A stretch of DNA of 64,000 nt from Bacteroidia bacterium (GTDB taxonomy: Bacteria; Bacteroidota; Bacteroidia; M30B66), in the NCBI GenBank assembly GCA_965279035.1, contig OZ257142.1:4064001-4128000 (forward strand). The letters run 5' to 3'. Position numbers and translations under genes: made by a program. The notes beneath the pieces were generated by a model. The model was not told where the DNA came from. It ran no database searches and was given only the letters and a program-made list of their open reading frames with translations. Shown one piece after another: positions 56,593 through 64,000 of this stretch. How positions within the stretch are numbered: the stretch's first letter is position 1; each line of letters begins with the position of its first letter.

Positions 56593-59500
56593 ATGAAACG
56601 AGACGGATATTTTTTGAGATTGAAAACCCTGCAGTTTATACTGCCAGTGTTGATGAGTGTGTTGACAGTCTCTTTGAACGCCACCAGTTATGTGTGGAAT
56701 GGTTCCGTTGATACGCAATGGGGCGAACCAAATAATTGGACACCTGCTGGTATTCCTGATATTGGTGATGATGTTACAATCAGCAACCAAACACACAATC
56801 CTGTATTCGAAGAAATTTCCGGATTGAACAATTTTACAATGACTTCCGGCACGCTTGATTTATCGGCGTTCACGTTGGTTCTTTATGGAACAGCTGCATT
56901 TAATGGTGGTAGCATATCGAATGGTAACATTGCTTTTGTAGCAGGATCGGTCTCAACATTTTCAGGAACATCGCTTAGTTGTGGAATTACTGGAACAATG
57001 GACAATGTGTATTTTAATGGTGGAACATTTAATAATGCAGTTTCTATCACCCGAACAAGCGCAACTGATAACACAAGTAATGGTGGAAATACGTTCAACT
57101 CCACGTTCAGTTTAAGTAATACTGGATCTGGAAACGTAATCCTATCGAACGTTTCAGCTGATACCTATACTTCTTCAACAACATTCAGTACAAGCAGCAC
57201 GGGACTTATTCAAGTTGCCTACACTGCAACAGGAAATGCATTTCAAGGTGGCTTGAATTTCAATTCTACAGGTACAAGTTTAGGAATACGATTAGGGCAA
57301 AATGGAGGAACGTCAACATTGAGTAGTGGTCAAGTGCTTGGAATTGGAGGAAGCGGCTTCTCTGTAGGAGACCTTCGCATTAAAGGATTAACACAATCCG
57401 GATCTACGGCTCAATCATTAACACTAACAGGAACGGCGGCTTTATATCTAGAATCTGGATGTACATTCAATGGAGCAGTCACCTTTGTATCACCTCAAGT
57501 GTATTTAAATGGATCAACATACCAAGCAGCTACTTCCATTACCAAAACAGGTTCAGGAAATAATCAAAGTTTAGGTGGGAATACGTTTAATGCTGCCACT
57601 TCAATCATAGAAACTGGAAGCGGAGATTATATATTAGGTGTTTCAAATCCAGATAGCTTCAATTCGACCGCAACATTCAGCAATAGCGGAAGCGGAACTT
57701 TATATGTAGCACATGTTGCTTCAGGAACTACTCTTACCGACAATGTTCAAGTAAATTCAACAGGCTCAAGTAAAGGTGTTCGTTTTGGACAATCAGGAGG
57801 AACAACAACACTTTCATCAGGAAAAACAATCACAATTGGTGGTTCAGGATTTTCTGCTGGAAGCTTACGACTTAGAGGATTTACTCAAACTGGATCAACC
57901 GCTCAAAGCTTTTCTGTTACTAGTGGAACTGCAGCGCTCTATCTCGAAACCGGTACTACATTCAATGGTGCTGTTACGTTTGAATTCCCTCAACTTTTCC
58001 TAAGTGGAACAACCTTCGCAAGTACAGCCAGTTTAACAAAAGGTGGTGCTACCGATAATACAGGGAATGGTGGAAACACATTTTCATCAACTACAACAAT
58101 TGTCAATAGTGGCTCTGGTCGACTTAACCTCGGAGGAACCAATCCTGATGTCTTTTCTGGAAATGTAACGTTTAGTAGTACCGGTAGCTCTCTGATTCAA
58201 ATTGCACATGCTGCTGCTTCAACTGTATTCAATGGAAACATCATCGTCAACTCAACAGGTTCAAGTTTGGGTGTGAAATTCGGTCAAAGTGGAGGAACTT
58301 CTTCGCTCGCCAATACTAAAACAATCACGATTGGTGGTTCTGGGTTTTCTGCCGGTGATTTAGCAATTCGTGGATTAACACAAACGGGTAGTACGGCTCA
58401 AAGTATGACGACTTTTAGCGGAACTTGCAGCCTGATATTAGAAACAGGGACTGTTTTTAATGGAAACGCTACTTTCACAAGTCCACGTTTATTTCTAAAT
58501 GGTTGCACATTCAATGGAACGGCTTTCCTAACAAAAAATGGAAGTTCTTCGGATGCAAGTAATGGTGGAAATACCTTCGCATCAACAGCAACACTTGTCA
58601 ATACGAGCGATGGTGAAATGCTTTTAGGAAATACAGATCCGGATATATTCAACGGAAATCTAACTATCGAGAACTCTGGTTCAGATGTGATAAATCTTGC
58701 TTACGGTTCTACTGGAAACGAATTTCATGGAAACATCGAATTGAATAGTATAGGTTCTGCATCAGGAATTCGTTTTGGACAAAATGCAGGAACCTCAACT
58801 CTTTCGAGCAGTAAAACAATCAGTATTGGTGGTTCAGGATTTACTTCAGGTGATTTACGTTTGGCTTATTTTACTCAATCAGGTTCAACTTCTCAATCCT
58901 TAACAAGCTTTGGTAGCGGCGTTGAATTGTATCTTTCTGAAGGAACTACATTTAACGGAAACTCAACCTTTACCTGCGATAACATCTACCTCGATGGAAC
59001 AACATTCAACAGTAATGCAACCATCACTAAAACAGGTAACGGCTTTAACCTTTCTAATGGTGGAAACACATTTAATGGAACAACAAGTATCTCCAATTCA
59101 GGAACCGGTTCATTCATCCTAGCTGGCTCATCGTCCGATACGTTCAATGAAAATGTAACATTCCTTCAAACAACTGCCTTCACTCTCTTTCCAGCGTATA
59201 ACGTAACCTCATACTTCAAGAAAAATATCTCCACCCTTAGCTCCAATACAGCGATTGTTTTTGCTAGCAATGGTGGAAGAGTTACTCTCAATGGAACCGG
59301 CGCTCAATCGATTGACGGTGATGTTGCTAAGTTGCCAGAGTTCTTTAATCTAACAATCAATAAAAGCTCGAATAACGTTACGCTCAATGTTCCCATTTTA
59401 GTGACCAATAACTTGACGTTAACTTCCGGCAATATTGTGAGTAGTTCAACAAATCTGATCACTCTAGCAGATAATTCTAGCGTTTCTGGCGTTTCAAATA

Positions 59501-60504
59501 GCAGTTATGTTGCTGGACCTGTCCGTAAATTAGGGAATGATGCATTCACCTTTCCTATAGGAAAAAGTGGATATTATCGTCAAATTGGAATTTCTGCTCC
59601 AGCAAGCACTGGTGATCACTTTACAGCAGAATTTCACATGGCCGATTCGGATGGAAGTTATTCGCATGCATCCAAAGACCCAAGCATCGACCATCTAAGC
59701 CATTGCGAATATTGGATTTTGAATCGTACTGGCGGATCTTCTAGTGTTTCTGTAGTGATGAGTTGGAATGCACCAAGCTGCGGCGTAACGTCTTTAGGTG
59801 ATTTACTAGTTGCTCGTTGGAATGGAACCATGTGGAAAGATCATGGAAACGGCGGAACAACAGGAAATACAAGTGCTGGAACAATCACTTCCAGTGGATC
59901 GATTTCTAGTTTTAGCCCATTCACCTTGAGTTCTAGTTCAAGCCAAAATCCTCTTCCTGTGAATTTGGTTCACTTTGGAGCCAATCCAATTAACGGTGAT
60001 GTTGTGCTCGATTGGACAACCGTTTCCGAAAGCAACAGTGATTATTTTAGTGTTGAATCCTGTAATGATGCTGTTAATTTTAAAGAAGTTGCTCGTTTAT
60101 CGGCAGCTGGAAACAGCAATACCACATTGAACTACCGTAGCTTAGATACATCTCCTCATTCGGGAGTTTCTTACTATCGTCTTCGTCAAGTCGATTTCGA
60201 TGGAAAATTCATGTATTCGAACATCGAAGTTGTTAATATGCCAACCCTTTGGGATTCGGAAGTTGTATTGAGCCCAAATCCAGTTATTTCAACGGTTGAT
60301 ATTCATTTAGATCCAGATAATTATTCCAATCCAATCATTGAATTGCGCGACCTTCAAGGTAGAATATTGCTAGTGAAAGATGGATTAAAGGTTGATGCTC
60401 AAAAGCCAATCCGAATTGATTTATCCGATTTCCCTCATGGATTGTATTTCCTTCAGGTGAGCGAAAATGGAAAATCAATCAGCAAACGTATCATCAAGGA
60501 TTGA
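56593..60504 (+). CDS. Large T9SS-secreted beta-strand-repeat (adhesin-like) protein
   Basis: WNGSVDTQW..NNWTP N-terminus; four ~165-aa Gly/Ser/Thr repeats; SFSPFTL..NPLPV; YYRLRQVDFDG; PNP CTD. Confidence 0.9.
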   Translation: MKRDGYFLRLKTLQFILPVLMSVLTVSLNATSYVWNGSVDTQWGEPNNWTPAGIPDIGDDVTISNQTHNPVFEEISGLNNFTMTSGTLDLSAFTLVLYGTAAFNGGSISNGNIAFVAGSVSTFSGTSLSCGITGTMDNVYFNGGTFNNAVSITRTSATDNTSNGGNTFNSTFSLSNTGSGNVILSNVSADTYTSSTTFSTSSTGLIQVAYTATGNAFQGGLNFNSTGTSLGIRLGQNGGTSTLSSGQVLGIGGSGFSVGDLRIKGLTQSGSTAQSLTLTGTAALYLESGCTFNGAVTFVSPQVYLNGSTYQAATSITKTGSGNNQSLGGNTFNAATSIIETGSGDYILGVSNPDSFNSTATFSNSGSGTLYVAHVASGTTLTDNVQVNSTGSSKGVRFGQSGGTTTLSSGKTITIGGSGFSAGSLRLRGFTQTGSTAQSFSVTSGTAALYLETGTTFNGAVTFEFPQLFLSGTTFASTASLTKGGATDNTGNGGNTFSSTTTIVNSGSGRLNLGGTNPDVFSGNVTFSSTGSSLIQIAHAAASTVFNGNIIVNSTGSSLGVKFGQSGGTSSLANTKTITIGGSGFSAGDLAIRGLTQTGSTAQSMTTFSGTCSLILETGTVFNGNATFTSPRLFLNGCTFNGTAFLTKNGSSSDASNGGNTFASTATLVNTSDGEMLLGNTDPDIFNGNLTIENSGSDVINLAYGSTGNEFHGNIELNSIGSASGIRFGQNAGTSTLSSSKTISIGGSGFTSGDLRLAYFTQSGSTSQSLTSFGSGVELYLSEGTTFNGNSTFTCDNIYLDGTTFNSNATITKTGNGFNLSNGGNTFNGTTSISNSGTGSFILAGSSSDTFNENVTFLQTTAFTLFPAYNVTSYFKKNISTLSSNTAIVFASNGGRVTLNGTGAQSIDGDVAKLPEFFNLTINKSSNNVTLNVPILVTNNLTLTSGNIVSSSTNLITLADNSSVSGVSNSSYVAGPVRKLGNDAFTFPIGKSGYYRQIGISAPASTGDHFTAEFHMADSDGSYSHASKDPSIDHLSHCEYWILNRTGGSSSVSVVMSWNAPSCGVTSLGDLLVARWNGTMWKDHGNGGTTGNTSAGTITSSGSISSFSPFTLSSSSSQNPLPVNLVHFGANPINGDVVLDWTTVSESNSDYFSVESCNDAVNFKEVARLSAAGNSNTTLNYRSLDTSPHSGVSYYRLRQVDFDGKFMYSNIEVVNMPTLWDSEVVLSPNPVISTVDIHLDPDNYSNPIIELRDLQGRILLVKDGLKVDAQKPIRIDLSDFPHGLYFLQVSENGKSISKRIIKD

Positions 60505-60512
60505 AAAATTCG

Positions 60513-60544
60513 AAAAAAAAGGGAGAACAAATCTCCCTTTTTTT
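60513..60544. terminator. Bidirectional Rho-independent terminator
   Basis: AAAAAAAAGGGAGA-ACAAA-TCTCCCTTTTTTT between convergent genes. Confidence 0.85.
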
Positions 60545-60548
60545 ATAC

Positions 60549-61955
60549 TTAAATGTGAATCGCTCGGTTTCCAGTTGCCGCTAATGCAGCCTCTCGAATT
60601 GCTTCAGTAAATGTTGGGTGTGCGTGACTAATACGAGCTATGTCTTCGGCCGAAGCACGGAACTCCATGGCAACAACTGCTTCGGCAATCATATCCGCTG
60701 CGCGTGGACCAATGATATGAACTCCTAAAATTTCATCCGTATTGGCATCGGCTAGCATTTTTACTAATCCATCGGTATCCATACTGGCACGTGCTCTTCC
60801 AGATGCTTTAAAAGGAAAAGTACCCACTTTGTAGGCACGTTTATCGGCTTTCAATTGCTCTTCTGTATAACCAACACTGGCAACTTCTGGCCAAGTATAA
60901 ACCACATTGGGAATCAACAAATGATTGATATGTGGCTTTTGTCCGGCAATCCATTCAGCTACAAATGTTCCTTCTTCTTCTGCCTTGTGAGCCAACATCG
61001 CTCCGCGAACCACATCTCCAATCGCATAAATATTCGATACCGAAGTTTGGCACTGTTCATTCACAGGAATTCGTCCTTTTTCATCTAAGGTCAATCCTGC
61101 ATTTTCTAATCCTAAAGAATCAGTATATGGTCTTCTGCCAGTTGAAACTAAAACATAATCACCTTTGAGTTCGAGCTTAGCTCCATCTTTCAAGGCTTCG
61201 GCAGTTACAACAACCGATTTCCCTTTTGTTTCTGCAGAAGTAACTTTATGCTGCAAGTAAAACTTAAATCCAAGTTTGCTCAATACTTTTTGAAGCTCTT
61301 TACGCATCGTGCCATCAAATGCACCACAAATAGAATCGGTATATTCTACCACAGAAACCTCAGCACCTAAACGAGCATACACCGAACCCATCTCCATTCC
61401 GATAACTCCACCACCAATGATAATTAAATGCTTCGGAATCTCTTTTAAATTAAGCGCTTCGGTAGAAGTAATGATGCGTTTTTTATCAATCGTAACTCCC
61501 GGAACAGAAGATGGTTTTGAACCTGTAGCTAGGATGATATTTTTTACTTGAATGTCAGTATGAGTTTTATCCTCTTTTTCAATTCGGACTGTTGTAGAAT
61601 TCACTAAAGATCCATGTCCATTCAGCACCGTTATCTTATTTTTCTTCATCAGAAAGTCAATCCCAGCAACGGTTTGTGCAACGACTTCGTTTTTCCGTTT
61701 CACCATCTGCCCCAAATCTGCTTTCAAATTAGAAAGCTGAATTCCGTGTTCGGCGAAAGTATGACCAGCATTGTAAAAATGCTCTGAGGAATCGAGCATG
61801 GCTTTAGAAGGAATGCATCCAACATTTAAGCAAGTACCACCAAGGGTTGAATACCATTCGATCAAAGCGGTTTTCATTCCAAGTTGAGCACAACGAATAG
61901 CAGCAACGTAACCTCCGGGACCGGAGCCAATTATAGCAACATCAAATGAATCCAT
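60549..61955 (-). CDS. lpdA: Dihydrolipoyl dehydrogenase
   Basis: GSGPGGYVAA, GGTCLNVGCIPSK, GGGVIG, AHPTFTEA. Start at MDSFDV. Confidence 0.97.
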   Translation of the reverse strand: MDSFDVAIIGSGPGGYVAAIRCAQLGMKTALIEWYSTLGGTCLNVGCIPSKAMLDSSEHFYNAGHTFAEHGIQLSNLKADLGQMVKRKNEVVAQTVAGIDFLMKKNKITVLNGHGSLVNSTTVRIEKEDKTHTDIQVKNIILATGSKPSSVPGVTIDKKRIITSTEALNLKEIPKHLIIIGGGVIGMEMGSVYARLGAEVSVVEYTDSICGAFDGTMRKELQKVLSKLGFKFYLQHKVTSAETKGKSVVVTAEALKDGAKLELKGDYVLVSTGRRPYTDSLGLENAGLTLDEKGRIPVNEQCQTSVSNIYAIGDVVRGAMLAHKAEEEGTFVAEWIAGQKPHINHLLIPNVVYTWPEVASVGYTEEQLKADKRAYKVGTFPFKASGRARASMDTDGLVKMLADANTDEILGVHIIGPRAADMIAEAVVAMEFRASAEDIARISHAHPTFTEAIREAALAATGNRAIHI

Positions 61956-62003
61956 GGAAATATCAGGGTATTGGGCCGACAAAAGTACGAAAGCAGAATA
62001 CAA

Positions 62004-63611
62004 TCAACGCTTTTTGCGCCCTTTTATACGAACAATAAAAGGCCAACAAATAAACCAAAGAGAAAGAAAACAAGCTGCTTTACCAAACAAATCTCCAGTA
62101 TAAGAAAACAGTGTTCGTTCGTTATTCAAGTGAATGTCTCCTTTTATAGCTGCCTCTTTCCAATACGCTTGAGCTTGAATTATATCTCCACGTTGATTAA
62201 TGAAACAACTTACGCCCGTATTGGCCGAACGAACTATGCTCCTGCGGGTTTCTATAGCACGCAATCGCGCATAAGCTAAATGCTGCTTGTATCCTGGAGT
62301 ATCGCCCCACCAACCATCATTGGTAATAATGGCAATGAAATTTGCTCCATTTGCTACGTAGGTCGACATAAAATCACCATACACAGATTCATAACACACC
62401 GAAGGAGCTACTTTTTGATTTGCATTGATTCCTGAAAAAACGCTGCGTTCATCTTGACTGCCAAGTGTTCCTGTTGTTCCACCTAAATCGATCGCATAGG
62501 AATCAAGGTATTTTAATAACCAAGGAAATGGCATCTGCTCAACACCCGGAACCAATTTCGATTTGTGATAAGTTCTCACTCCACGTGCATTAATGAGCAA
62601 AGCCGTATTGTATGAGTCGTAATAAACCTCTCCTCCACGTGCTTTACGTGCGGTAACCGTTCGTTCATCTGGTGTAAACAATGCATGAGTTTCTGCACCT
62701 ATCAAGATATTCAAACGGGGAAATGGTTCTGTCAAGCTTTCGAAAAGACGAATTCGCGGTTGTTGCCTCAAACTACTTTCCTCCATCGAACCAACCAAAG
62801 CGGTTTCTGGACAAATTAACCAATCAGTTGAGGAATCAGTTACTTGAGCGGCAAGTCGAAGAATTTTGGCTGTTTGATTCTCAATTGAACGAACATCGAA
62901 CTTCTCGTTATATGGATCAACATTGGGTTGAACGATGGCAATATGTGCAATTTCACCACGATCTTCGGAACGATAAAAATACATTCCCAAGGATATCAAT
63001 GAGGGAATTAATAGTCCAAGAAGAACCGTTCGAATGCCGGGTTTTAAATTCGGTTCTTTTTCTTGAATTCGTTTACGAAGTAGTACAAAAATGCCACAGT
63101 TAATGAGTAAAATCCAAAGCGAACCTCCTGAAGTACCTGTGAATTCGTACCATTGAATGATTTGGGTTGATTCGGCAAATACATTTCCGAAAGTGAGCCA
63201 GGGCCAAGAAAGATCCCAGAGATGATGAATAAACTCAAAGGCTAGCCAAAAAACGGGTAGATAATAAATAGAATTTCCAGAAGGGATTTTCTTCCGAGCA
63301 ACATGAAAGAATGTAAAAGTCCCAGCCATCAATGCCGAATTGGCAAAGAAAGCGAGCAATGCACCTTCGAACGAAGCATTTTTCACCCACCAAGTATCAC
63401 CTAAATTCCAAATCAGGAAACTCAAATAGGCATACCCGAAAAGCTTCAAATTATTATACGAACCACGAGTTTGAAGAAGTGTTTCTTCGATGCTTAATAA
63501 TGGAACTAAAGCAATAAATATAATAGGAGAAATTCCAATTACTGGCCAAGAGATGCTTAATAAAATTCCCGACAGCAAAGCAAGCAACAGAAGTCGCATA
63601 GTAGTTTTCAT
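62004..63611 (-). CDS. lnt: Apolipoprotein N-acyltransferase
   Basis: TM N-terminus, VQPN, CPETA, YHKSKLVPGVE, VCYES, TNDGWW, RAIETRR..RSANTG. Confidence 0.95.
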   Translation of the reverse strand: MKTTMRLLLLALLSGILLSISWPVIGISPIIFIALVPLLSIEETLLQTRGSYNNLKLFGYAYLSFLIWNLGDTWWVKNASFEGALLAFFANSALMAGTFTFFHVARKKIPSGNSIYYLPVFWLAFEFIHHLWDLSWPWLTFGNVFAESTQIIQWYEFTGTSGGSLWILLINCGIFVLLRKRIQEKEPNLKPGIRTVLLGLLIPSLISLGMYFYRSEDRGEIAHIAIVQPNVDPYNEKFDVRSIENQTAKILRLAAQVTDSSTDWLICPETALVGSMEESSLRQQPRIRLFESLTEPFPRLNILIGAETHALFTPDERTVTARKARGGEVYYDSYNTALLINARGVRTYHKSKLVPGVEQMPFPWLLKYLDSYAIDLGGTTGTLGSQDERSVFSGINANQKVAPSVCYESVYGDFMSTYVANGANFIAIITNDGWWGDTPGYKQHLAYARLRAIETRRSIVRSANTGVSCFINQRGDIIQAQAYWKEAAIKGDIHLNNERTLFSYTGDLFGKAACFLSLWFICWPFIVRIKGRKKR

Positions 63612-63649
63612 CGCTGCCAAAGATAAAGTTTGATTAAACCGAATGAAAT

Positions 63650-63690
63650 AAAAAAACCGAAGCTGGATCCATGCAGAATCCAGCTTCGGA
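63650..63690 (-). terminator. Terminator of the upstream T9SS gene
   Basis: CCGAAGCTGGAT..ATCCAGCTTCGG hairpin with an A-run on the left. Confidence 0.8.
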
Positions 63691-63715
63691 GAACAACCAA
63701 AATATGCAATCGGAA

Positions 63716-64000
63716 TTAATGTGCGATACTCAATTTACGAACGCCCAATAGTTGACCGTTTTGACCGTAAACATTCAACATATATAGTCCTTTTGCGAAA
63801 CCTGAAACAGGTACTTGAATCAGGCGTAATCCTGCAGTAGAAGACTCTGCACCAGACCAAACCATCTGACCAGTGATGGAGGTTAGTGAATAAGAGAGTT
63901 TTCCAGCAGCAGGCAACTCAACTAGAAGATTAGCAATTGTATTAGAAGGATTCGGATAAACATCACCTCGAAGTACCGAAGAAACTGGGCTTACAATTCC
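63716..64000 (-). CDS. C-terminal fragment of a T9SS-secreted protein (5' part outside the window)
   Basis: Open to the window edge: GDVYPNPSNTIANL...KGLYMLNV...RKLSIAH. Confidence 0.85.
   Translation of the reverse strand, partial: GIVSPVSSVLRGDVYPNPSNTIANLLVELPAAGKLSYSLTSITGQMVWSGAESSTAGLRLIQVPVSGFAKGLYMLNVYGQNGQLLGVRKLSIAH

Overview
64 kb of a low-GC Bacteroidota chromosome, indicated by TAnnTTTG -7 promoters, many type IX secretion (T9SS) C-terminal sorting domains and a long-form IspG. Most of it is housekeeping: rlmB, rmuC, BamA/TamA-family OMP, ung, lipA, gap, fmt, hup, agmatinase, pdxH, recA, bcp, nth, metG, rluB-like, iscS-like, ispG, lpdA, lnt and tRNA-Arg(CCT). An accessory block at about 23-42.3 kb holds two orphan histidine kinases and secreted cargo (PKD protein, PhoX, a 2000-aa M4 protease, tandem lipoproteins). 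I found no integrase, transposase, prophage or CRISPR array. The best leads are not in the ORF track: (1) an uncharacterised HTH+TPR-like protein divergent from a small T9SS protein across a 90-bp spacer, where a perfect AGAATAATG-N10-CATTATTCT palindrome overlaps both promoters; (2) two tandem ~44-aa lipoproteins sharing an HVDCPAY motif, with 21 identical nt, directly upstream of the bacillithiol-system redoxin YtxJ; (3) four Flavo-1-like structured intergenic elements with a covarying closing stem and different inserted hairpins; (4) paired TGA-N6-TCA boxes upstream of a His-rich helical protein. All calls come from reading the sequence; no database searches were run.
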